A stretch of 64,000 nucleotides of DNA from Squalus acanthias (Eukaryota): positions 29,698,001-29,762,000 of the forward strand of contig CM059448.1 of the NCBI GenBank assembly GCA_030390025.1, given 5' to 3'. The notes beneath the pieces were generated by a model. It did not search any database and was not told where the DNA came from. It saw nothing but the letters and a program-made list of their open reading frames with translations. Within the stretch, counting starts at the first letter, position 1. Every line of letters begins with the position of its first letter. Shown here one piece after another: positions 39,860 through 50,729 of the stretch. The translations under genes were made by a program, and so were the position numbers.

Positions 39860-40190
39860 CTCATGTAGCACTGAGTGACGCAGACTAGAAGGTCCCAGAC
39901 TCCATCCCAGAGTTGGCTAATCTCAGCTGTAGCAAGACTTGGGCCATTAGAATTGGCCCCATCGCTGTTTGCTCTGCATAGGTGCTGCTGGAAAATGCTC
40001 ATGTATGGACATTGGTGAGGACAGAAATGGGCTCGGCTACGGTGCCCATCATGGTCGAACAGCCTGCTGGCGCACAATGTCCATGCTCAGATGTCAAGGG
40101 TGGTAACTTGAGTGAGGTTCTACATGGCGGCCATCTGTGCAACTCGTCCGCCGGCAAGGATCAGCACTTTCAGTAGAAGGGAGGAAGAGA
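39860..40190 (+). mobile_element. Family B SINE-like copy
   Basis: tRNA-like head cactgagtgacgcagactagaaggtcccag..gagttggctaatctcagc; body ctgctggaaaatgctcatgtatggacattggtgaggacag. Confidence 0.55.
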
Positions 40191-40819
40191 AGGATCCCAA
40201 AGTTGGATAGTTCTTGTGATACTGGGACCATGAAAATGGTATTTGTCGAAAGCAATCCGCCACGGGTGAATGATAAAGGTAGTAATGTTTTAAATTTGTC
40301 CTTATTTTGCTAGAATACCTCGGTAGTTGGGGAGAAATGTAACAGATCTTGGGAGCTTGTACTTGTGTTCATTCAACATTCTTGATAGATTAAATAAGTT
40401 GGGCAGAGCCCACGTTGTGCAAGTCCTACGTGACCCATCAGGAGGGGTGTTGATGGCTCAAATGGCCTTTCTGCACTCCATACTTTAATAATTGCAGCAC
40501 AGGTGGGTAATGGGCCTGTTCCTTGTTTACCTGGAAGCCGTGGTCTGTACAGTAGAGTTTGATTTAAGGAGTGTACTCCAAGTGGAGTTAAACACAAAAC
40601 CAAGAAGGTTTGGCAATCCCAGCCTCTGTCAGTCTGGGTTCAGGGTAAAGGAATCAGTGGCAAATTTCATTTGTGAAACTGAAGTGAATTTTTATGATAC
40701 TTTTATCAGTAGTTGAATGTAGTGTTGAGTGACATTGAATAGGTAAGGCAAGCAGGGTTAGCAGAAATCTCAGGAAAAATAGGTAAGCGAGTACTGTCCC
40801 ATCCTCTGCGGGTGTTGTT

Positions 40820-40886
40820 TCAGCTTTAAGCGCCTTGGGATGTTATTCCTACGTTAAAGGAGCTATATAAATGCAAGTTGTTGTTT
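40820..40886 (+). mobile_element. L2-type 3' tail fragment
   Basis: aagcgccttgggatgttattcctacgttaaaggagctatataaatgcaagttgttgtt. Confidence 0.65.
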
Positions 40887-41129
40887 CCACCTTTTGGTTG
40901 GCTGGAAGAATAGAAGTCTGACGGCAGAGGAGAAGATTGGGCGCTTGCACAACGGATGTTGACGCTGGCCTTAGATCAATGGCCCAGAGGGCAGTTGAAA
41001 TGCTCCATGTTACAAAAAAGTGTGCCATTGATGGTTAGAATTTCATTGCAGGATATAGTGTGGGGGGAGGAGGAGCACTTGGGGTGATGGGATCTGTGTC
41101 AAACTGGCTTTGTCCAGAACTCAGGTGAA

Positions 41130-41365
41130 AGAAAAGAAGAACTTTGCCTTTCACAACCTCAATGTCCCAGAGCGCTTCACAGCCAATTAAGTACTTTTGA
41201 AGTAGGGAAATGTGGCAGCCAATTTGTGCACAGCAAGGTCTCAAACAGCAGTGAGATTAATGACCAGATAATCTGTTTTAGGCATTGGTTGAGGGATAAA
41301 TATTGGCCAGGACACCATGCTCTTGCATAGTGCCATGGGCGCTCTTACATCACCTGAAAGGCCAA
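41130..41365 (-). mobile_element. Deu-SINE fragment
   Basis: cctttcacaacctc..gcgcttcacagccaat..ggttgagggataaatattggccaggacacc..tagtgccatggg. Confidence 0.75.
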
Positions 41366-41813
41366 CCATAATTACAGTTTTTGTCCTTCCAAACTTTGGT
41401 TGTCTCTGGAGGGAGAATTTTGAACTGTTACTACTAGAGTAAAGTACTGGTGGGAACGGGTCCATCATAGGAATTGTTGAACCAGCTTGGAGGCTGAATT
41501 AAGAGCACCAGTCAAGAAGCGTAGCGCTCGCTGTTGCTAAATGTGTTTAACTGTGCTTTTTCCTGTCGTGAATTGATATCGATACACTAACTAAGCTCAG
41601 TGATAGTACTGGATAAATCAGAATCTCAGGACTTCCCTACTCATTATTCACTTTTTACACAGAGTGAGAGAGTCAGGTTCCTGCACATGGACAACAGTAT
41701 TGCTGCTGGTAAAGAGAGAGGCTGGTTCTTCACAAGACTGCCCTGGATGCTGTGTTCAGAAACTGGGGACAAATGTTTATATCCATCACCAATGGATTTG
41801 TATGTCAGGCAAA

Positions 41814-42085
41814 NNNNNNNNNNNNNNNNNNNNNNNNNNNNNNNNNNNNNNNNNNNNNNNNNNNNNNNNNNNNNNNNNNNNNNNNNNNNNNNNNNNNNNN
41901 NNNNNNNNNNNNNNNNNNNNNNNNNNNNNNNNNNNNNNNNNNNNNNNNNNNNNNNNNNNNNNNNNNNNNNNNNNNNNNNNNNNNNNNNNNNNNNNNNNNN
42001 NNNNNNNNNNNNNNNNNNNNNNNNNNNNNNNNNNNNNNNNNNNNNNNNNNNNNNNNNNNNNNNNNNNNNNNNNNNNNNNNNNNNN
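41814..42085. other. Assembly gap (272 N)
   Basis: Run of N; ORFs spanning it are artefacts. Confidence 1.
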
Positions 42086-42139
42086 GGAACATTAGAAGTG
42101 TTGCTAACTATGGTGGGATCTTCAACGGCAATATGGCTT

Positions 42140-42380
42140 ATGTTTGTAAAGGATGGGGAACCTAATATTCCTGGTTATAACATTTTCAGGAGAGATGGGT
42201 GGGTAGCACTATAGCACTCTATCACAATAGTAGAGCATAAGGATGTTGCAGGGGGTTGTGTTAAGACTGAATGCATATGCATAGCATTAAGAAATATGAT
42301 GGGAATTGGTACAATTCTTGGTGAGCATTGCAGGCCATCGAACAGTGGAGATGAGACAGGGGGAGATCTGCAGATAGTTC
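42140..42380 (+). mobile_element. Old CR1 endonuclease-region remnant
   Basis: NIPGYNIFRRD..GWVAL, then a GEHCRPSNSG motif (degenerate GVxYRPPNS). Confidence 0.6.
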
Positions 42381-43480
42381 AGAGTTCCTTCTGGATAATG
42401 AAGTGGGACAGATAATTGATGAGAGTAGGGGAACAATTGGGGAAATAGTAACCACAACACGAGTTAAGTCAAAATTCATTGAGCTGATACGGGAACTGGG
42501 CCGAAAAGTTGCCAAATAATGTCGACGGATCAACAGTGGAAATTCTTGATAAGTCACCAGGACCAGATGGGATGCATCCTAGGATGTTGAGGGAAGTCAA
42601 GGCAGAAATTGCTGAGGTACTGGCCATAATCTTCCAATCCTCCTTAGTTATGGGGGTGGTCCCAGAGGACTGGAGAATTGCAAATGTTGCACCCTTGTTC
42701 AAAAAAGGGTGCAAGGATAAACCCAACAACTACAGGCCAGTCAGTTTAACCTCGGTAGTGGGGAAGCTTTTAGAAATGATAATCAGGGACAAAGTTAACA
42801 GTCACTTGGACAAGTATGGATTAATTAAGGAAAGCCAGCACGGATTTGTTAAAGGCAAATCATGTCTAACTAACTTGATTGAGTTTTTTGATGAGGTAAC
42901 AGAGAGGGTTGATGAGGGCAATGCGGTTGGCATGGTGTACATGGACTTCCAAAAGGTGTTTGACAAAGTGCCACATAATAGGCTTGCCAGAAAAGTTGAC
43001 AGTGGCAACATAGATACGAAATTGGCTAAGTAACAGGAAACAGAGAGTAGTGGTGAACGGTTGTTTTTCGGACTGGAGGAAGGTATACAGTGGTGTTCCC
43101 CAGGGGTCGGTACTAGGACCACTGCTTTTCTTGCTATATATTAATGATGGACTTGGGTGTACAGGGCACAATTTCAAAATTTGCAGTCGACACAAAACTT
43201 GGAAGTATAGTGAACAGTGAGGAGGATAGTGTTAAACTTTAAGAGGATATAGACAGGCTGGTGAAATGGGCAGACACGTGGCAGATGAAATTTAACGCAG
43301 AAAAGTGCGAAGTGATAGATTTCGGTAATAAGAACGAGGAGAAGCAATATAAACTAAATGGTACAATCCTAAAGCGGGTGCATGAACAGAGAGACCTGGG
43401 GCACAAATCGTTGAAGGTGGCAGGGCAGGTTGAGAAAGCGGTTAAAAAAGCATACGGGATCCTGGGCTTCATAAATAGAG

Positions 43481-43637
43481 AGGTCGCACAACACCAGGTT
43501 ATAGTCCAACAGTTTTATTTGAAATCACAAGCTTTCGGAGCTATCGATTGCCCCTTCCTCAGGTGAAGTAAATAGATACAGAATCGCCAAAGCATATATA
43601 GATAGAGAACAAAGCATGTGTACCTTACAATTGCAGA
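43481..43637 (-). mobile_element. Penelope-like element fragment (family 1), copy A, 11-bp TSD
   Basis: Interrupts the CR1 GFINR|GIE coding sequence. TSD cataaatagag at 43470-43480 and 43638-43648. 88/89 identical to 49102-49190. Confidence 0.8.
43525..43566 (-). ncRNA. Minimal type I hammerhead ribozyme motif (PLE family 1)
   Basis: Minus strand: tcac-CTGAGGA-a-ggggc-aatcgata-gctcc-GAAA-gc-t-t-gtga. Stem I 4 bp, stem II 5 bp with one G-U, palindromic AGCT at stem III. Confidence 0.7.
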
Positions 43638-44269
43638 CATAAATAGAGGCATAGAGTTCAAATGCAAGGAAGTTACGACCCTTTTATAAAACACTGGTTC
43701 GGCCTCAGCTGGAGTATTGTGTACAATTCTGGGCACCGCACTTTAGAAAGGATGTGAAGACCTTCGAGAGGGTACAGAAAAGATTTACGAGAATTATTCC
43801 AGGGATGAGGGACTTCAGTTACATGGATAGACTGGAGAAGTTGGGGTTGTTCTCCTTAAGAGCAGAGAAGGTTGAGAGGAGATTTGATAGAGGTGTTCAA
43901 AATCATGAGGGATCTGGACAGAGTAGATAGGGAGAAACTGTTCCCATTGGCAGAAGGGTCGAGAACCAGAGGACACAGATTTAAGGTGATTGGCAAAAGA
44001 ACCAAAGGCGACATGAGGGAAAACTTTTTTATGCAGCGAGTGGTTATGATCTGGAATGCACTGCCTGAAAGGGTGGTGGAGGCAGACTCAATCGTGACTT
44101 TCAAAAGGGAATTGGATAAGTACCTGAAGGGGAAAAAATTTGCAGGGCTATGGGGAAAGGGTGGGGGAGTGGGACTAGCTGAAGTGCTATTGCAGAGAGC
44201 CAGCACGGGCTCGACGGGCTGAATGGCCTCCTTCTGTGCTGTAACCATTCTATGATTCAAATATGACAT

Positions 44270-46260
44270 GCATAGAATATAAAATAAATACATCCCTGCC
44301 GGGTAAAAAGGGAGTGCATCAAAGAATAGAGTTTCATGGATAAATACATGGATTGCAACTAAACTGAAACTTAAAAGGGAGGCATATGATAAAAGTAGAG
44401 CTAACAGTATTAAGATAATCATGAGGAATGTAGAAAGTGTAATGGGGAGATGAAAAGGAAGCTTAGAAAAGCTAAAGGGGAATACTAAAAAGAGCTAGCA
44501 GTTAAAAGAAAACAAAATTGTACGGGCTTTTATACGCATTATAAAGTAAAATAATTAGAGAGGGTAGGAGAGCTCACTTGAGGGAGGGAATCTAATTGTG
44601 GAGGATGAAGGGATGTCATATTACATAAATAATTTGCATTTTTTTTTACAAATGATGGTGGAAGTCAGAATGTTGATGTATTAGAGGAGGATGTGAAACA
44701 TTTAATGGAGGTAATTGTAGAAAAGGGATTGGTTCAGAAACAATTAGCAGGCCTCGGTGGATAAGTCACCAGACTCTGATGAAATGTAGCCTAGGTTATT
44801 GAAAGAAATCAGAGAGGAAATAGCAGAGGCTCTGGCCACAATTTTTAAATCCTAATTAAATATACAGTACAATTCGTGCTGTTGAACTGTAGTCACTAAC
44901 ACATTTGAAGCTAGAGAAGGATAAACCGGGAAACTATAAACATTAGTTGCGGGCAAACTCTTAAAATCCATAATTTGAGATGAAATTAATAAGCATTTAG
45001 AAATGCATGGATTAATCAAGGACAGATTTGTTAAAAGAAAGCTGTGTTTGACAAATTTAATACAGTTTTTTTTGCAGAAGTGACCACTTGGATAGATGTT
45101 GTTTATATGGATTTTTAGAAGGCATTTGATAAAAGTATCTCCGAAAACAGTTGTTAGAAAAATGCAGATGTGTATGTGTGTGGTAGAAGAGGAAAATTAG
45201 TAACATGGATAGAAGGTCAGTTGAAGGGTAGGAAACAAAGAGCAAGAGTAACTGGTTGTTGCTCAGATTGGAGAAGGGTTGGAAGTGGTGTGCTCCAGGG
45301 GTCAGTGGGCCTACTTTCATTTTGGATATGTGCAGATGATTTTGATTGATTATAGGGAACAAAATCTCAAAATTTGCTGACGATACAAAAGTATAAGGTT
45401 TTGCAAACAGCAGCAAGGACTGTAAAAGACTTCAGGAAGGCATAGGATAATGAGCAAACAGGTGGAATATGCAACTTATTGTGGATATGTATGAGGTAAT
45501 ACATTTGAGAGGAAAATCAAGTAATGGGATTATATGCTCTGTTGAAAGACGCTGAAGGGTATGGGTGAACAGAGATCTAGGGGTTCAAATACATAATTCC
45601 CTAAAAGTGACAGTGCGGGTAGATAAAACTATAAAAGAAGCCAACAGCATTTTGGGTTTTGTTAATCGGGACATAGAGTACAAGAGTAAAGAAGTCATGA
45701 TAAATTTGTATAAACATTGCCAGTACTGTGCGGCTCTGGGCACCCCATTAAAACCATAGAGAACGTACAGCATGGATTCACCAAAATGATGCCAGGAATG
45801 GAAAAGTAAAGTTATGCGGTGAGACTTGAAATACTGGGACTGTTTCTACTGTAGCAGAGAAAGCTAAGAGGAGAACTGATGGAGGTTATTAAGATTAAGT
45901 TTTGATCGTGAAGAGAATGGAGGTTATTGAGATTAAGTTTTGATAGTGAATGGGGGAAAGACTATTTTCTCTGGTTGGGAAGTCGGTGATGAGGAGGTCA
46001 TCCATTTAAAATGATCAATAAGAGAGCGAGGAGCGAGATTCAGAGAAATTTCTATATGGTAAGGGTTGTTGGAGCGTGGAATGCTTATCTACAGGGAGTG
46101 GTCGAGACGGGGACTACTGCATCTTTTAAGGGAAAATTGGATAAATATTAGAAGCAGAGGAAGATGGAGAGGAGGGGGAACAGGGCAGGAGGATTAATTT
46201 TGGATTGGTCTCACAGAAAGGCGGTGCATACACTAGGGGATAAATGCTCTAAACTTCACC
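44270..46260 (+). mobile_element. Older, heavily decayed CR1 LINE (ORF2 to 3' end)
   Basis: Degenerate gataagtcacc, gatttttagaaggcatttgataaa, ggtgtgctccaggggtcagtg, aaatttgctgacgatacaaa (KFADDTK), RDLGVQIHNSLKV..ANSILGFVNRDIEYKSKEV. Confidence 0.85.
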
Positions 46261-46879
46261 ACAGTAAACACTGCTACAGTTAGTGTTGAGTGAAGCTTGT
46301 GCCTATTGAGAACCCATTTGATTCCCAGCAGAAAGTCATGTGTAAAAAGATGATGGGTTAAAGGGTCCTGTACGCACCATTACTGTTTGCCAGACCATAT
46401 TTAGAAGCCACCAGATCATGTGGATACCAGTCACTGAGATGCAAGTGGATGTGGTCAGACACAGAGGACAGTTAATTTTCTCATCATTTTCAAAGAGATT
46501 CGCTATAATGAAGAGGAGAGTTGTAGAGAGAATGGAAAATTCGGATTACATGCTGAGTAGAGATTACTGCAGACTATTTTGCTAATTAATTCTTCCAGAT
46601 TTAAAATATCTTTCTTTATTCCAACAAAGTGTTGTGGTATTGAAACCAAATTCTTCTGGTTTTCCTAGCAGCCTCCGTGAATGTGGTTTTTATGCAGTTT
46701 TTTAGGCTGTACGTCTTTTCATTCAGCTTCAATCAGTACCGTTAAATCACGTCACTTTTGAAATCCTCACAAAGAATTCTTTTGTGTGTGTTTTTTTTTC
46801 CACTCCCTGACTTGCCTGATCCTGCCCTTTTCTTATTTCTGTTAGAATTCAGGAATTTATTCAAAAGCTGTTCGTTTAC

Positions 46880-46984
46880 CATAGCTGCTCCGGGGTAACG
46901 TGCAGCCCGCTCCCCTTCAGTGCTCCAGTGCTCATCCATTGGTGCATCACTTGACGTAGAATCTCCAGTTCCTCCCGCTCACTT
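46880..46984 (-). CDS. Candidate 105-bp internal coding exon of an unidentified gene
   Basis: Acceptor cactcctatctttcag|, donor atg|gtaaac, length divisible by 3. Only one open frame: SEREELEILRQVMHQWMSTGALKGSGLHVTPEQL. No homology recognised. Confidence 0.3.
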
Positions 46985-49054
46985 CTGAAAGATAGGAGTG
47001 TGCAATCGTAAAAAAGGATTTTGTTTGAAGTATTTATCCTCCTTTTACCTTGACTCTGAAACATTCCATACTTCAGCCGAGAGTTGTTTCCAGGCCGTAG
47101 TTTGAGAGCAGCCCTGGGGCTCGCCCCTTTACCGGCGGGGAAACACTAAGGTGGCCCCCCCCTGCGGACGGCTCACGACTGGGAACTGACCTGTAAAGGG
47201 AGGTGCAGGCACACCCCATAATCCTCCCACTCCCATGATGGATGTGCTCCGTGTTGTCTAATATGATGCAGTCCAGCCCAATTTCAGACTTAAGCCAAAC
47301 AGATGCATCATATAATCCCCTCCTTTTCAATGTACTGGGGCAGATACTGTCCTAGAACTTAGTAAAGCAAACTGGTGTGATTACAATTTCATTTTCAGAC
47401 AGTACAACACAAGCAACAGTGGGGTGGGGAAATGTACTTGTCCGACACGAGTCCTGTGTCTGTATTAAATGGGAATCCTGCACATTGCGTTAAAACTATT
47501 TGTACAGCACTGCATATAGCCAAGGACACTGAGATTGTGCACAGATTCTCCCAAGACAGGATTCCATCACAAATGATGCCGGGTCCCATATTCCTGAATC
47601 AATAGCTGCAGCACAAGGATTTCATAATTTATAGGAACAGGAAAAGCCCATTCCACCCAAAAGGCTCTTCTCCGTCAGACCGATCTTAACCCCACCAGAT
47701 CTACCATTTCACTCTCTCCCTCAAACTCTTCTTTCAGTAGACATTCCATTCTCTCCGGTTCCATTAAACACATACTCTCCTTTAGCATCTTGCTCCTATA
47801 CTAATTATATTACCGTTAACCACATTGAACTGCAACTCATTCTAACTGCCCCGTCACCTAAACTACCTGTGTCTGTCTGAATTTCTAACTTGATATCTTC
47901 CTTAATGCATACTTCACAACTATACCCTGTGAGCATTTTAATGGCAACCAATAGTCAAAGGAAGGGTGGGGCCGATTAGGGACCAAAAAGGCGATCTTCT
48001 TGTGGAGGCAGAGGGCTTGGCTGAGGTACTAAATGAGTACTTTGCATCTGTCTTCACTAAAAAAAAGAGGATGCTGCCAATGTCGCAGTAAAGGAGGAGG
48101 TAGTAGAGAAATTGGATAGGATAAAAAGGAGGGCCTGAAAGGGTTAGCAGTCCTCAAAGTAGAAAAGTCACCTGGTTGGGATGGGGTGCTTTCCAGTTAC
48201 TGAGGGAAGTAAGGGTGGAAATTGCGAAGGCTCTGGCCACAATCTTGCAATCCTCCTTAAATATGGGGGAGATGCCAGAGGACTGGAGAATTGCAACTGT
48301 TGCACCCCTGTTCAAAAAAAAGGGGGAGCTTTTAGAGACAATCTGGGACAAAATTAATTGGCACTTAGAAAAGTATGGGCTCATAAATGAAAGTCAGCAC
48401 AGATTTATTAAAGGCAAATCGTGTTTGACTAACTTGATTGAGTTATTTGATGAAGTAATGCAGCGGTTGATGAGGGTAGTGCGGGTGATGTGCATATGAA
48501 CTTTCAAAAGGAGTTTGATCAAGTACCACATAATAGGCTTGTTAGCAAAATTAAAACCCATGGTATTAAAGGGACAGTGGTAGCATGGATACAAAATTGG
48601 CTGAGGGACAGAAAGCAGAGAGTTGTGGTGAACGGTTGTTTTTCAGACTGAAGGGAAGTATACAGTGTTGTTTCCTAGGGGTCAGTATTGGGACCACTGC
48701 TCTTTTTGATATACATTAATGTCCTGGACTTGGATATACAGGGCATCATTTAAAAGTTTGAAGATGATACGAAACTCAGAAATGTAGTTAACGATGAGGA
48801 GGATAGTAACAGACTTCAGGAGGACATAGACAGACTGGTGAAATGGGCAGACACATGACAGATGAAATTTAATGCAGAGAAGTGTGAAGTGATGTATTTT
48901 GGTAGGAAGAATGAGGAGAGGCAATATGAACTAAATGGTACAATTTTAAAGGGGGTGCAAAAGCAGAGAGACCTGGGGGTGTATGTACACAAATCTTTGA
49001 AGGTGGCAGGACAAGTTGAGAAGCATATGGGATCCTTGGCTTTATAAATAGAGG

Positions 49055-49284
49055 TCATGATGCGGAGATGCCGGTGTTGGTCTGGGGTGGACAAAATTGA
49101 GAGGTCGCACAACACCAGGTTATAGTCCAACAGTTTTATTTGAAATCACAAGCTTTCGGAGCTATCGATTGCTCCTTCCTCAGGTGAAGTCACCTGAGGA
49201 AGGAGCAATCGATAGCTCCGAAAGCTTGTGATTTCAAATAAAACTGTTGGACTATAACCTGGTGTTGTGCGACCTCTCAATTTT
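49055..49284. mobile_element. Penelope-like element fragment (family 1), copy B, fold-back structure with TSD
   Basis: TSD ataaatagagg at 49044-49054 and 49285-49295 (14 bp if the shared ttt is counted). Perfect arms 49093-49187 / 49190-49284. Hammerhead motif followed by AATAAA on both strands. Confidence 0.85.
49190..49231 (+). ncRNA. Minimal type I hammerhead ribozyme motif; mirror copy on the minus strand at 49146-49187
   Basis: tcac-CTGAGGA-a-ggagc-aatcgata-gctcc-GAAA-gc-t-t-gtga; predicted cleavage after 49227. Confidence 0.75.
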
Positions 49285-49299
49285 ATAAATAGAGGCATA

Positions 49300-49690
49300 G
49301 ACTGAATTTTAGTACCCAAAAATGGGTGAGTTGGGGTCGGGACAGATGTTAATTTTAAAAATCTGAAATCCGCCTCTAACCCGTCCACTTCCGAGTTCAA
49401 CAGGTCAGGCAGCCAACTGACTCTCGGAGGTGGGTTGGCGACTTAAATATGCTAACGAGGCTGGAAGCCTCTGATTTAACCATACTTAGCGGGTTTTACA
49501 GCGGCCGGCCTAGTTTCTCAGGCCCCAGGACACCTGATGGCTGAAGGGAGGCTGGGACAGCTTCGGGGAGAAGGTAAGTGCCTTCACAGCACTGCTTGTG
49601 AGCCAGTAGGAGTGCTTTCTCCCGCGCCCCCCCCCCCCCCCCCCCACCCCTAAACCATACAAAGACTACTGGGATCGGTTCACCAGGTCC
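49300..49690. mobile_element. Possible non-autonomous DNA transposon fragment truncating the CR1
   Basis: CR1 homology stops abruptly at gactgaatttt (Harbinger-like terminus), followed by GC/CpG-richer sequence. No second TIR found. Confidence 0.3.
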
Positions 49691-49844
49691 CCGGGGGTCT
49701 TGGATCACACAAGATTACCACTAGGCCAGTCAAAAGACTGTTCCCGACAGAAAGCAAAGCACTCCAGGTCCGCAATAAGTGTGATTGGTGAAGCCTGTGC
49801 ACAAATCTATTTGAGGCTTGTGCTTTGTATCAGAGATGACACCG

Positions 49845-50649
49845 TGTGGTAACACAATACAGCTTCCTGTGACTCGAACTTTATTGCATCACTTCCTGTG
49901 ATTAGTCCAGGATAAATACTGGACTGATCAGTGGGATCCTGGAGAGGCATAGAGTAAGACCTCTTTTGTATGTAGCACCTTTTTAGTTGATTAAAGCTTA
50001 CTTTAAGTTCACCACGCGTAAGGCTCATTCTTACGACAATGCCAGGGGATGATATTGTACCAGGCACATCTCTGGGCTCGCCAGGTGCCTCTCATCATGA
50101 TCTGGATCTGACGCCGGCTGGTACCTCACTCCAGCGTGCCGACCTGGGGCAGACTGACTATGAGCCCGTCGGGGCTCACACGCGCAGCCACGATCCACCC
50201 CGTACCGTACGCTCGGAAACGGATCTGCCACAGCCCTGCCCGACACCCGTTCGGGCACCAGTACACAGTCAGGATCGTCCTGACCCCTCACAGAGCGGGC
50301 TGGATCACTTGGACTCTGGTCCACGGCCCGCGGCGGGTAAACTGGCTAGGGGCCCTCTACCGCTACGAGAACCCAAACGGGTGCGGCTCTCCCTCGTCCA
50401 GCGGCTACGAAAGGGAGGGAGCATCCCGGCCTCCTAATCTTTTGGGGGGGGAGAATGTGGTAACACAATACAGCTTCCTGTGACTCGAACTTTATTGCAT
50501 CACTTCCTGTGATTAGTCCAGGATAAATACTGGACTGATCAGTGGGATCCTGGAGAGGCATAGAGTAAGACCTCTTTTGTATGTAGCACCTTTTTAGTTG
50601 ATTAAAGCTTACTTTATGTTCACCACGCGTAAGACTCATTCTTACGACA
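49845..50649 (+). mobile_element. Mini LTR retroelement (TRIM-like or internally deleted Gypsy-type), 805 bp
   Basis: 194-bp LTRs at 49845-50038 and 50456-50649, TG..CA ends, 2 mismatches. PPT ggggggggagaa at 50444-50455. 5-bp TSD caccg/cgccg. ATTAAA in the LTR. No TGG-type PBS after the 5' LTR. Confidence 0.92.
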
Positions 50650-50729
50650 CGCCGCTTCTACGATAGTTGCATGTATCTCAGGCAGCATGAAAATTATTAC
50701 TATCTTGTCCAGTAACAAGTGGATTGTGT

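Larger units (their letters stand above)
42545..44258 (+). mobile_element. CR1/HER1-type LINE, RT domain to 3' end, frameshifted, interrupted at 43481-43637
   Basis: [85 protein letters not shown]; tail gaatggcctccttctgtgctgtaaccattctatgattc. Confidence 0.95.
47945..49302 (+). mobile_element. CR1/HER1-type LINE ORF2 fragment, interrupted at 49055-49284 and truncated after GFINRGI
   Basis: AEVLNEYFASVFT..PEDWRIATVAPLFKK..SQHRFIKGKSCLTNL..MKFNAEKCEVMYFG..QRDLGVYVHKSLKV. Confidence 0.92.

Noticed and set aside
41600-42214. ORFs spanning the N run
   Set aside because: Artefacts of the assembly gap.
42292-44266. aaatatga direct repeat as TSD of the young CR1
   Set aside because: Sequence after the left copy continues the older CR1 endonuclease remnant, so the match is probably chance.
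49845-50038. Retrozyme interpretation of the mini LTR element
   Set aside because: No CTGANGA..GAAA hammerhead core found in the LTR; ctgatca is not a match.
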